This document shows, piece by piece, positions 16,121 to 25,436 of a stretch of 35,120 nucleotides of DNA (the first letter of the stretch is position 1; each line of letters starts with the position of its first letter). The notes under the pieces were generated by a model. The model ran no database searches and was not told the origin of the DNA. It worked only from the letters and a program-made list of their open reading frames with translations. Origin of the DNA: a virus (Duplodnaviria > Caudoviricetes); IMG/VR virus record IMGVR_UViG_3300032216_000750, positions 1 through 35,120 of that record. One strand, 5' to 3'. The position numbers and the translations under genes are program-made.

Positions 16121-18933
16121 GCGGTATTAGGGGGTGGAAGGATTGGAATAACATCATCTGGTTCGCCGCCATGCTTCTCCCAGTATTGCGCCCAACCCTT
16201 TGGGAACGCATTTGCGCAACCAGTCTTGGCATTTAGCAGCGTTACAAGAACTTCAATCGGGCAATTGTCGGGTCTAGCCCGACATTCATCAATTAGTTTT
16301 TGATAGAACGCTCGGCATCGTGCATACGCAGCGGCATTATCAATCTTACCTATTGCCGAATACACTAGCGGGGCTTCTGATACATCTTCCTGCTTGCTAG
16401 GGTTGAGGCCAAGCGGCATGTTGTTGGCAATCAGAGATGACAGGGAAACATCGCTTGTTCCTGCAATTCCGCTCGCGCCAGACTTCTGCCACGCTGGGTT
16501 GGGAGCCGTGAACGGAACGGATGTCGGGCAAGTCACATCCACACCATTGGGAGCCATTAGGTAGTACATCGTGAAGCCGCTTGGGTGCGCGTATTCGTAG
16601 CACGGCGCAACACCCTTCGGAGCCGTTCGCACGATTAGCGTCTGCGTCGAGGTTGCGTTGTAGCGCAGCAAGCCGCCGTCAAAATTGGTTGTTGGCGCAC
16701 TCGTGAGGCTTCCTGTCATCTCGGCCAAGTTCAGCGCAACACCTCGCGCTCCCAATGCACCGTCGCCGTACTCGTTGCCGGGGCTGAATGTGCCATTTTG
16801 CAGACTGTTTGGGAATACCTCTTGAAATTGATATGACCACACATAGGGCTGATCATTGTCATCTTTCTTCAGCACCTTTAGTTGCACAAACTTTGCTAGA
16901 AAGATTCGCACGATGCCGCATCGCTTTGGGATGTGGACAAGGTTGACAAAGCCGTTGGCACGGTACTGCGAACCGAGGCCGTAGGACTTCACTCGGGCAT
17001 CCGGCATGAGATGCGGCAGCAGCAGCGCATCGGCATTGCTGCCCCACATGCGATACATCAGCGGCACGCCACCACGCCCGAAGTGAATCTGGTCATACTG
17101 GAAGCCGCTAGAGCATGTCCGGTTCATCGGCGAATTGCCGGGGTACGCGGGGATGCGGTTCAGCGTCACCTCGCCGTCGATGATGTACTGCGCTCGGTTG
17201 TAGCGATTCACCACCACTCGCAATCGATCCGCAAGACTTGTAGCCCATGCTTTTTGCCACCATTCGCACTTATATGATGCAGATGTGTCTGCGTTCCACG
17301 GTTTCGATGGCAATGAATTGCTTGCGGCACTTGCTGGAGACTTGAACCATCCCGGCGCACCATCATCTGCAACATCCGATTGATATCCAATGAATGCTGG
17401 AATGTGATCTCCAATGAAGGCCACTCTGCCAGTTCGCCCCAATTTGTTCAGTTGGAAATAGAGCGGCGGGCGCGGCGATCCAGCCATAGCCAGATGCGGC
17501 GCGGTCGCTTCGCTGCCCGGTACGCGCACGCCGTCCGGCGACTGCGACGCTCGATTGTCAACATACACCTCGCTCTTGCCGCCAGTCACCTTGCCCCAGC
17601 ATGACACATGGCGCGTCTGATGCACCGTGCCATAAAGCAGGTCTGGCACTTCATTCGTGATTTGGTTGAACCCGCCGCCTGTTCGGAAGGGCGAGTTCGT
17701 GCTGTGCCACATGTTGATGTTGGTGAGGTCAGTTGGCCCCGGCGTGTAGTTCTGAAGCCAAGTATTTCCGTAGTCCAACTTGACAAGCGACAAGCGCATC
17801 TGGAAACGATCCCATAGCCAGACGCAGCCGATGCGCGATGCGATTTCGTCCAATGCTTCTCCGATGTTGCGGCCTCGGAGGTCAAGGTTGAGCATATCGC
17901 CCACTTCCTCTTGAATGCTCGCCACGGTCTTGTAGTCGTAAGAGATTGGATATCTATCCCACGATTCACTACCGGGATTTTTTGTGGCTGCTGTAGTGTA
18001 GTAGTCGAGGATCTCAACCGCAGACCACGGCTTGTCTTTGTACCAAAACTGCGGCGAAGGAATGCCCACAAGGTCTTGAACATCAATATCGCCTTCGTCA
18101 TATGGGATGCTCAATGTTGGCGATTCGCTCGGTGCATAGGCCGTGCTGGTCTTGCAAGTGGCAGCGACGAGGTGCAGCGGGTTCTCCGCGAGCATGTTCC
18201 ATTGATCGGCAGCGAAGCCGGACAGGGCTGTGGTTCCATCTTGCCCTTGTGACAAGATTGCAATTCCTTGAGCCTGCAAGGACAGACGAGGATCGGCAAA
18301 CTTCAACACCCACAATCCGCTTGTGTCTGAAAAATCCGGCATTGTTTCGATGACGGCAGATCCGGTGATGCTGGTCATCAACTCTTGTGCCGACAGTTGA
18401 ATCATGCCGCGCCATCGCATCGCTCGTCCCAAATTCATCAATGCAAGCGTGCTATAAGTTGGCGCGGTCAAACTTTGTGGCGCAAAACCCTCACGCGTGC
18501 TGCTTCCGGTATCTGGCTCCACATCCGGCAAAGTGTCTGGAATCTCGCCACCGCCCACACCCGGCCCCGTAATAGGCCCGCCCGTATCTCCATCTCCGGG
18601 CTTGCCTGCGCTTCCGGCGAACGGCTCCCAGACGGTGATGGTGAATCGGTTTGCAGACAATGCGCCGTTTAGGAATCCTGCTCCGGGAAGCAAGTTTGGA
18701 GCATTGCTTGAATTGTCTGCGCTGTTCACCGCCACAAGCAGCGATACCTCTGCGTAGCGGCTTGCACCGATCAGCGGCGTTGTGATGCAATTGACGCTGT
18801 TCGGATCAATCCCAGCCCTGCTCAACATCTCATCGACTGTCTCACTTCGATTGATGACATAGCCCGCGAGCGATTCTGTCGTCGGGTCTTTGACATCCGG
18901 GCTATAGGTGATTGAACCGAGAACGGTAGTCAT
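16117..18933 (-). CDS. large tail-tip / baseplate hub-like protein
   Basis: 938 aa, downstream of the tape measure; GEALDEIASRIGCVW resembles hub/Tal proteins. Confidence 0.6.
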   Translation of the reverse strand: MTTVLGSITYSPDVKDPTTESLAGYVINRSETVDEMLSRAGIDPNSVNCITTPLIGASRYAEVSLLVAVNSADNSSNAPNLLPGAGFLNGALSANRFTITVWEPFAGSAGKPGDGDTGGPITGPGVGGGEIPDTLPDVEPDTGSSTREGFAPQSLTAPTYSTLALMNLGRAMRWRGMIQLSAQELMTSITGSAVIETMPDFSDTSGLWVLKFADPRLSLQAQGIAILSQGQDGTTALSGFAADQWNMLAENPLHLVAATCKTSTAYAPSESPTLSIPYDEGDIDVQDLVGIPSPQFWYKDKPWSAVEILDYYTTAATKNPGSESWDRYPISYDYKTVASIQEEVGDMLNLDLRGRNIGEALDEIASRIGCVWLWDRFQMRLSLVKLDYGNTWLQNYTPGPTDLTNINMWHSTNSPFRTGGGFNQITNEVPDLLYGTVHQTRHVSCWGKVTGGKSEVYVDNRASQSPDGVRVPGSEATAPHLAMAGSPRPPLYFQLNKLGRTGRVAFIGDHIPAFIGYQSDVADDGAPGWFKSPASAASNSLPSKPWNADTSASYKCEWWQKAWATSLADRLRVVVNRYNRAQYIIDGEVTLNRIPAYPGNSPMNRTCSSGFQYDQIHFGRGGVPLMYRMWGSNADALLLPHLMPDARVKSYGLGSQYRANGFVNLVHIPKRCGIVRIFLAKFVQLKVLKKDDNDQPYVWSYQFQEVFPNSLQNGTFSPGNEYGDGALGARGVALNLAEMTGSLTSAPTTNFDGGLLRYNATSTQTLIVRTAPKGVAPCYEYAHPSGFTMYYLMAPNGVDVTCPTSVPFTAPNPAWQKSGASGIAGTSDVSLSSLIANNMPLGLNPSKQEDVSEAPLVYSAIGKIDNAAAYARCRAFYQKLIDECRARPDNCPIEVLVTLLNAKTGCANAFPKGWAQYWEKHGGEPDDVIPILPPPNTA

Positions 18934-20687
18934 CAGACGAAATCCATCTGCTTGGACGAGCCGCCAGTATCAACCTGTTGCGTGTTGATTTGGTTGTTCA
19001 CGCTGTACGGGTCGCGTGCCTGTGCAATGCTCGTCGGAGCGTACACAAGTCGCGGAGGCCCGCCCATCTCGTCTGCGCCAGTCTTGCGGACGCTGTTCGG
19101 GCTGTTCGATGCCTGCGCTTGAATTGTGCGCGTAGCCACGATCGCATAGGTTGGCTTGCCCGTAGCGTCAATGGGCGCATTGTTGACCGCGATGGTCTGG
19201 GCCTTCACGATGAACGCATCGTTGATCTGCGGCCACGGGATCGGCTGCGAAGAACTCGTGGTCACCATCCGCACGGTCTGCGTAATCATCACCACGGGCG
19301 TTCGCAGTTGAATCGGCCATTGGTACGCGCCTCCGGTCGATTCCAAATACGCCATGCCTGTGTCGGCGATCTCGTAGGTTTGCGAGGACTCAAAGTGCTT
19401 GATGGCATTTGCCGTCTGCGGCATGCCAGCGTCTGGAGCAACTGCCGTGGTCTTGGGATCTTCGGGGTTGCCTACAGGAGCATCGTCAGAAGTTGCAAAA
19501 ACCGTCAGAGTGGTTTCTGTTTCCTCGCCGGAGTTGGGGTTGTTCACAACACTCTGAATCGCGCTTGGCGCGTTGCATGAATCCCACTCAAGGAAGGTGT
19601 TGGTTTCAAGGAACACGCCACGGCTCGGATAGGCATTCACATAGCGCGTTCCGCCAGTTGTGTGCGGTGGGCTGAACATCTTCTTGATGACAGAAGTGTC
19701 CAACTTGCCATCCAAGCCACCTTGCCCCTGCGCGGTGATCTCCAACTCAATTCGGTTGCGCGTGTAGATGTTTGTCTCGCGCAGGCTGATGGATTGAATC
19801 AGATCGTTTGCAAAGTCGATACGCGCCTGTGCTGCCTCGTAGGCGATTGCCACCAACTGCTGTGGCGGCGTGGTCACTTCTCCCTCAAAGTGGCAGCGGA
19901 AGGTCTTGATGCCCAGCGGATTGTCGAGGCCACGCTGATAGTCGAAGGACGCATCGCCCATCATCACGGGATACTTCAGATCACGGAACACCAGCCGATC
20001 TTCAATAGAGAAGGTCAGATTGTGCAGGCTTGCATCTAGCGTGTAGTCCTGCTTCGTGCGACGGAAGCCCGGAGGTGGCGTGCCTGCCACCAAACGACGG
20101 TACAGATCAGGGCTGTTGCCAGTTCCATTGTTCTGACCGGGCGCGGTCAAGATCGTGTTCGGCGTGTCCGCAAGCGATGGATTTTCGCTCTTGCGCGACA
20201 CAGACAGCGTTCCAGAGCGGCTCATCGTGATGAATCCGGCTTCATCAATCGACTGCGTAACGATCATTTCAAATCGCTGAATGCGCGTATCGCCACAATT
20301 GAAGAACGCAAATGAAAAGCCGACGAACACGGCATTCACACTGTTGCTGCCGACAATCTCGCTCACGGTCACATTGGGTAGCGGGCCATTCCGCATGTCT
20401 GCCGTGTCCGTTCCAGAATCGGACGCGGATGCAAGAGCAACGGTGCTGCCGTCATCAAACTTGAGCGACAGCGTGCCGCGAGGACGGTTCAAGCCTTGTC
20501 GAATGTTGGCGATGGTTCCCGTGAACGGATCGCTGATGCTTTGAATGACACCAGAGCCTTCAACGATGTGCTTGCGACCTGTTCGGTTGAATCCGTCGCC
20601 GTCGTACAGATTCTCCGTGGCAAAGCGCGTCAACTTCACATTGTTGATTGTGTAAGTCGTGCTGCCAACAACATAGGTCAAGATCAT
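18933..20687 (-). CDS. tail/baseplate structural protein
   Basis: Start at MILTYVV (ATGA overlap); beta-rich; follows the tape measure. Confidence 0.6.
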   Translation of the reverse strand: MILTYVVGSTTYTINNVKLTRFATENLYDGDGFNRTGRKHIVEGSGVIQSISDPFTGTIANIRQGLNRPRGTLSLKFDDGSTVALASASDSGTDTADMRNGPLPNVTVSEIVGSNSVNAVFVGFSFAFFNCGDTRIQRFEMIVTQSIDEAGFITMSRSGTLSVSRKSENPSLADTPNTILTAPGQNNGTGNSPDLYRRLVAGTPPPGFRRTKQDYTLDASLHNLTFSIEDRLVFRDLKYPVMMGDASFDYQRGLDNPLGIKTFRCHFEGEVTTPPQQLVAIAYEAAQARIDFANDLIQSISLRETNIYTRNRIELEITAQGQGGLDGKLDTSVIKKMFSPPHTTGGTRYVNAYPSRGVFLETNTFLEWDSCNAPSAIQSVVNNPNSGEETETTLTVFATSDDAPVGNPEDPKTTAVAPDAGMPQTANAIKHFESSQTYEIADTGMAYLESTGGAYQWPIQLRTPVVMITQTVRMVTTSSSQPIPWPQINDAFIVKAQTIAVNNAPIDATGKPTYAIVATRTIQAQASNSPNSVRKTGADEMGGPPRLVYAPTSIAQARDPYSVNNQINTQQVDTGGSSKQMDFV

Positions 20688-21625
20688 GGATGCACCTTGC
20701 TGGGCATTGGGACATGCCAAGGACTCGTCGCGCCACCGGGTGTGAGTCGAGGAGCAACGGGACTAGAAACCGAAAGCGCGTTGAGCGTGTTGATCGCCCA
20801 TTGATTTCCGTTGAACTTGCCCTTGCCTTGCAGCAGGTCGATGATGTCCTGCAACGCTTGGATGACATTGCCCATCTGATTGTTGGTCGAGACTGCGGCA
20901 TTTGCGGCCATGCTCATTCCCAACGGATTGAACCCAAACAGGCCGAGCAGAATTGATCCGATGCTGGTTGGAACGGCTGCTGGATTGCTCTGCAAGAACC
21001 CCACGACCGACTGAAGAATCTTCAGCAATCCAAGGTTGATCGACTTCATAAACTGCGAAATCGCACTCAAGATCGGAACGAGGATCGCAACAATGGTCAG
21101 TCGAATGATGAGAAGCAGCGGGAAGATGAGGTCTTTGATCTCTCGGAGTATCTGCGACACTAGCACATATAACGGCTGCAAGATGCTTGCTTCCTGCACC
21201 GACTGCCGAATGTCTTGCAGTCGATCTAGCGCACCCTGCATGGCAAGTGCTGGGTTGTACTTCGCCAAGGTGTCCATGCGGCCCTTGATGTAGTCCACGC
21301 CCATCTTGATGGCGTAGGCCGTGCCAGCGAGCGCGGCAATGCCAACCGCAAGGCTTCCAAGCGCAACGCCCATCGCACCACCACCAAGCCCTTGCGCCGC
21401 CGAAATGCCTCCGCTAACGATCTGCCCCGCACCGCCACCAGCCGCGCCAGTTCTAATCACATCTCGCAGCGAGCCGATGTTGGAAATCGCCTGTTGGATT
21501 GCGGAAAGCGTAGACGCATTGGATGCGCCACCGCCTATCGCACCTGCACCGCCACCGACAGCCCCGCCCGTCAGGCCGCTAGTGACCATGCGGAGGTCAA
21601 TGTGTCCTAGAGATTCGTCAGCCAT
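20684..21625 (-). CDS. short tape-measure-like protein
   Basis: Gly/Ala-rich amphipathic helices with hydrophobic stretches; lies in the tail module. Confidence 0.6.
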   Translation of the reverse strand: MADESLGHIDLRMVTSGLTGGAVGGGAGAIGGGASNASTLSAIQQAISNIGSLRDVIRTGAAGGGAGQIVSGGISAAQGLGGGAMGVALGSLAVGIAALAGTAYAIKMGVDYIKGRMDTLAKYNPALAMQGALDRLQDIRQSVQEASILQPLYVLVSQILREIKDLIFPLLLIIRLTIVAILVPILSAISQFMKSINLGLLKILQSVVGFLQSNPAAVPTSIGSILLGLFGFNPLGMSMAANAAVSTNNQMGNVIQALQDIIDLLQGKGKFNGNQWAINTLNALSVSSPVAPRLTPGGATSPWHVPMPSKVHP

Positions 21626-22079
21626 CGGCCATGATCCTCACGAATGAACGCATCGTCGCAGACGCACTTACAAGCCCAGTCAAGTCATCGTGCGTGCCTG
21701 CATCCAGTTTCATCCACACTTGACCGCTGCTACCCGAGTTGGGCACATAGCCCTTGAGCGCAGCCGCAGCCGCGTTGGCGGTCAGGAACGCGCTCTTGTT
21801 GTCTACGAGGCTTTCCGTCATGCGCTTGGCAAAGTCGTACTCAACCTTGACCACGGCATGCACGCGGTACTCAATCGCGGAGCCGTTCAGGCCGCTCATG
21901 TCGCCGAGAGCCGTCAGGCTAACGGGTTCGATCTGGATGTTCGGCACAGCCGAATCCTGTAGCCGCAACTTGTCCACCACGAACACGCGATTCCCGGCGA
22001 GGGACAGTTGCGATGCAATCCGTCCAGCAATCGCGGAGAAGAAATCGCCGAGCGTGGTTGTGGCGGTTATGTCGCTCAC
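21618..22079 (-). CDS. tail completion/terminator-like protein
   Basis: 153 aa; helix, P.I.I, then strands. The call is by pattern and position only. Confidence 0.45.
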   Translation of the reverse strand: MSDITATTTLGDFFSAIAGRIASQLSLAGNRVFVVDKLRLQDSAVPNIQIEPVSLTALGDMSGLNGSAIEYRVHAVVKVEYDFAKRMTESLVDNKSAFLTANAAAAALKGYVPNSGSSGQVWMKLDAGTHDDLTGLVSASATMRSFVRIMADG

Positions 22080-23353
22080 GGGATGACGCTGTTTGTGATG
22101 CTTCCCGGCGATGCGGTCGGCAGTTCAATCCCATTAGCGAACGGGGCGAAGAACCGCTCGGTGTAGGTCAGCACATTCGATTGGTAGTTGTTGGAGATCG
22201 CCACGGTCGCGTAGTCGCCGATGCGCCAGTCGGTCGCGCCGCCGATGATCTGGATGAACTGGCCATTCGTGCCAGCCTGCGGAGGCACAAACACGAACGC
22301 GCAGTCGATGGCCTTGACGCAGCCCACATCCTGATCGAATCGCAACTCCACGGTGACCTTGGTTGCCGGAGCGTCGAAGGGCATGGTGTACGAAAACACA
22401 TTCAACGCCCATGATGTGGTCAACGCTGCCGCATCCTGTTCGATGAGATCGCCAGTTGGCGTAGACAAGGCCATCGCGATGTCGCGTGTAGATGTGCCGC
22501 TGATCTTCTTCGCCCAGAACCCAAACACGATGCGCTTGCCGGGGCCAAGCACCACTTGTGCGCTCGTCTGCACCGCCGTTGCTGCAACCGCTCCGCTGAA
22601 CTGCAATGCCGATCCATTGCGGAATGTGCCTGTCGAGAGTTGAGAAAGCGCAGACGAACCCGTGACCGTCCACCCGTCTGGCACGCCGCCTGTGAAGGTG
22701 TCGAATCCGCCGTTGGTCAAAGTGTTCTTTGAGTCGTTGTAGTCGCTGCTCGCAAGCGTGAAGTTCGCCCCGCTGCCACCCGGCCAAAGGTTGGAGGTGA
22801 CATCCGGCACGCGCAGACCGCCCGTGATCTGGAACACCTCGCGGCCAGCCGTCGCCCCGGTCGTGGTATCGCTGATGCATTGGAAAGTGATTGTCTCGGT
22901 CGGCGACATCTGCGACGGCGTGCCGTGGAGAATGATCTTGCCCGTTCCGACATTCGCAGCCGCGTAGGACACGCTGCCCTGCGTCACCACATTCTGATAG
23001 AGCGTGGTGCTAGCCGCTCGCATCTGGCGGTTCAGTTCCTTGAATGCCGGAATTGCGCTCTTGGGGATGTTGCCATTGTCAGCCGTAACCATCTCGGTAA
23101 TGGTCTTGGTCGCGCCTCCGATGGAGTTCGTGATGCTGGTGTCTGCCGTCCGGGTCAGGTTCAGGAAGTAATCCAGCACGCCGGAAATCATGTACCGCGT
23201 CGATGCGTCGTACTGACCGTCGAGGCCCGAGCCTGAAAACGATCCCGTTCCCTTCACGCGGTCTTGCAGCGCGGAGCGAGCATCAATCTGCGCTTTGGCG
23301 ATGCCCATCAACTTGCCGATGCGGGCATACAGGGTCGAAATACTAACGGTCAT
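22076..23353 (-). CDS. virion protein with CBM-like insert; paralog of 13369-14727
   Basis: NTLTNGGFDTFTGGVPDGW; GAGGAG RBS. Confidence 0.7.
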   Translation of the reverse strand: MTVSISTLYARIGKLMGIAKAQIDARSALQDRVKGTGSFSGSGLDGQYDASTRYMISGVLDYFLNLTRTADTSITNSIGGATKTITEMVTADNGNIPKSAIPAFKELNRQMRAASTTLYQNVVTQGSVSYAAANVGTGKIILHGTPSQMSPTETITFQCISDTTTGATAGREVFQITGGLRVPDVTSNLWPGGSGANFTLASSDYNDSKNTLTNGGFDTFTGGVPDGWTVTGSSALSQLSTGTFRNGSALQFSGAVAATAVQTSAQVVLGPGKRIVFGFWAKKISGTSTRDIAMALSTPTGDLIEQDAAALTTSWALNVFSYTMPFDAPATKVTVELRFDQDVGCVKAIDCAFVFVPPQAGTNGQFIQIIGGATDWRIGDYATVAISNNYQSNVLTYTERFFAPFANGIELPTASPGSITNSVIP

Positions 23354-23848
23354 GGCTTCTCCTCAAGTCATTGAATGATGCCGCAATCTGTTCCCGAACG
23401 CTAGCGGTTCGACCAAACAGCGTCGGCATGAAGCCGCTGATGGCATCCTTGCCTCCGAACGCTAGGCCCACACCCTGCACAACGGGTACGGACTTCCAAG
23501 CATTTGCAAGGCCAAGATTCATCATCAGGCCCAACGCCACTTCAGGTGGCAACTGCCAAGGGGTCACACCGTAGACAGCGGCAAAGATCGCTACGGTGCG
23601 CCAGCGTTTCCCAGTTGCTTCAGACTCATCATCACTCGCAGCGCGAGCGCGTGGGCTTCAGCATTCGTCATCGCTTCTGCATCGGAGACAGGACGCACCG
23701 CAGCCTTGACAGCCTTGATGAGTTGATCGGATGTAGGATTGTCCGTCGCACCCGCAAGGGTCAGTTCAGACAGAACCAGCAGCGCGTCGATCTTGAACGC
23801 CTTGTCGCCAACGGGATATTCCGAGATGAATTGGGTTTCTTTGCTCAT
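23343..23848 (-). CDS. tail assembly chaperone, frameshifted long form (gpGT-like)
   Basis: The -1 frame from the slippery site reads ...LGKRWRTVAIFAAVYGVTPWQLPPEV... through to the stop at 23343. Confidence 0.75.
23591..23848 (-). CDS. tail assembly chaperone (gpG-like)
   Basis: 85 aa, directly after the tail tube, with a slippery site near its end. Confidence 0.75.
   Translation of the reverse strand: MSKETQFISEYPVGDKAFKIDALLVLSELTLAGATDNPTSDQLIKAVKAAVRPVSDAEAMTNAEAHALALRVMMSLKQLGNAGAP
23606..23612 (-). other. programmed -1 frameshift site G GGA AAC
   Basis: X XXY YYZ heptamer in the correct phase (CTG GGA AAC), three codons before TAG. Confidence 0.8.
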
Positions 23849-24318
23849 GCGACTGTGAAGATAGCCGAATCAAGCGCGGACGGGCTTGGCAAAGCCTCAT
23901 AATGGAACACGACGCGGCTCGCCTTGTTGCCGAAGTCCTGCTGCTTCATCGAAATCAGTCGAGCGCGAGACACGGTGATGGTCTTCGTGCCACTCAACAC
24001 GATGGCGACGGTGCTGCTCTGGGCATCGGTTCCGACCTTCGCCCATGCGTAGCCGCCAGTGGACTGTCCGCCGTCGGTGGCCTCAATGGCTGTCGAAATA
24101 TCAGATCGACTAATCGACACCAGCGAGAAGTACACCTGCGCCTTCGTGCCCGTGCGAATAGCCGCAGCAGGCATCGTGCCGCTCTCATTGGTGAATACAT
24201 CGGTATAGGCATACTCGACTTCGATGCGAAACAAATCGTCGTTATCGCCACGGCCCAAAACATTGCCGCCGACGGAAATGGTGTGGGGGCCAACTACTTC
24301 GATGACTGGTGTTGCCAT
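23845..24318 (-). CDS. major tail tube protein (putative)
   Basis: Strong AGGAGG RBS; 157-aa beta-rich protein upstream of the chaperones. Confidence 0.7.
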   Translation of the reverse strand: MATPVIEVVGPHTISVGGNVLGRGDNDDLFRIEVEYAYTDVFTNESGTMPAAAIRTGTKAQVYFSLVSISRSDISTAIEATDGGQSTGGYAWAKVGTDAQSSTVAIVLSGTKTITVSRARLISMKQQDFGNKASRVVFHYEALPSPSALDSAIFTVA

Positions 24319-24339
24319 TGGGATTCCTCCTGTTTGATT

Positions 24340-24873
24340 CTAACGCGCACTCAGAGCGCGAGCGATAGCGCGAGCCAACTCGGACTTCGCGGTTGATGGC
24401 ATGGCGAAGATGGGACGCGACGGGACGGTCACGCCGCGCTTCGCGTACAAATACTCCTTGGCCTTGATGGCCTTCGGATCGCGCCGGACAGCACCACGGG
24501 TGAACGGGATGAAGTTGCCGCCGCTCGTCTTGAATCCGTGATGCTGAAACACCGCGTAGAGCGGGCCGCGCAGAAACAGCCGCACGCCGTTTGGGATCTC
24601 TTGAATCGTCCCGTTCAGGCTCTGTAGGAGGTTGCCCGTGTCGGCCAGCGGAACGCCTCCGGCCCGATAGTGGGGCAGATCGACCTGCTTCAGGTTCTTG
24701 CCTCGGCCCTTCCAGACCTTGATGGTGGCCGTGTCAGCCCACAGGCGTGCGTAGCCGCCCACATCCGCGCCTCGCGTGCGGATGCGCTGCTTGGCCTGCA
24801 TGACCAGCACAAGGGCCACATTGGCCCCCTTGCTGCCCAGCCGCCGTACTAGTTCCTTGCCTAGATCCATCAA
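24340..24873 (-). CDS. virion morphogenesis / neck protein (Mu gpG-like)
   Basis: LADTGNLLQSL, YAVFQHHG and VPSRPIF motifs. Confidence 0.8.
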   Translation of the reverse strand: MMDLGKELVRRLGSKGANVALVLVMQAKQRIRTRGADVGGYARLWADTATIKVWKGRGKNLKQVDLPHYRAGGVPLADTGNLLQSLNGTIQEIPNGVRLFLRGPLYAVFQHHGFKTSGGNFIPFTRGAVRRDPKAIKAKEYLYAKRGVTVPSRPIFAMPSTAKSELARAIARALSAR

Positions 24874-25361
24874 TACGCCTGCGTTCGCCGGGGCGGGTAG
24901 AACGAGTCATCCGAGGCCATGTGCAGGCTTCCCCGCGTGGAGGCCGTTATGACTGCCACAGAGGCCGTACCAGCCCCTCGGTTCGCATCCACGGCAAACA
25001 CCCGCTTGCCGTCCCGGAGCGATCCTAGAGCCTCCTGCGCCCTATTGGCCTTGGCCTTGACGGACTCCGGCACATCCCCGCCGCGACGCTCAAACAGGAA
25101 GCACAAGGCCAGATCGGCGACCAGCCCGCGAAGCAGCGCGTTGCCGTCTGTAGCCAGAGCCTGTAACTCGGTGACGGTATAGGAGTTTGACCGGGTGGCT
25201 GCGCTCGCCACCTCCTCGCCTCCTCGGAGCAGGGCTTCCGTGATGATCGTTGATGACGACACCGTGCCGTCCGTATTGTCGTCGGTAGCCAGTTCTGCCA
25301 GCAATCGAGCATCCGCGTACAGGATGAAGTTTGCGTTGGAGAGAAGTTGCGCCATTGCCAT
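24870..25361 (-). CDS. head-tail adaptor (Mu gp36/DUF1320-like)
   Basis: L..LVADLAL..L..RR.......A...L..LRDGK; lies right after the MCP; GGAGG RBS. Confidence 0.75.
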   Translation of the reverse strand: MAMAQLLSNANFILYADARLLAELATDDNTDGTVSSSTIITEALLRGGEEVASAATRSNSYTVTELQALATDGNALLRGLVADLALCFLFERRGGDVPESVKAKANRAQEALGSLRDGKRVFAVDANRGAGTASVAVITASTRGSLHMASDDSFYPPRRTQAY

Positions 25362-25377
25362 ATAGGTCAGTCCTCCA

Positions 25378-25414
25378 TGAAATAGGGCCGCCCCGGTGTT
25401 AGCGGAGCGGCCCT
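25378..25414 (-). terminator. hairpin terminator/attenuator after the capsid gene
   Basis: AGGGCCGCTCCG...CGGGGCGGCCCT followed by a short ATTTC tail. Confidence 0.65.
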
Positions 25415-25436
25415 GAAGTTGCAGAGTCAGAGCCGA

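Noticed and set aside
15102-18933. Diversity-generating retroelement targeting tail genes
   Set aside because: No reverse transcriptase and no TR/VR pair with adenine-specific mismatches were seen.
22134-22880. 248-aa same-strand alternative-frame ORF
   Set aside because: Arg/His-rich composition typical of off-frame high-GC3 DNA, and unlike the MTase beta ORF it has no recognisable motif.
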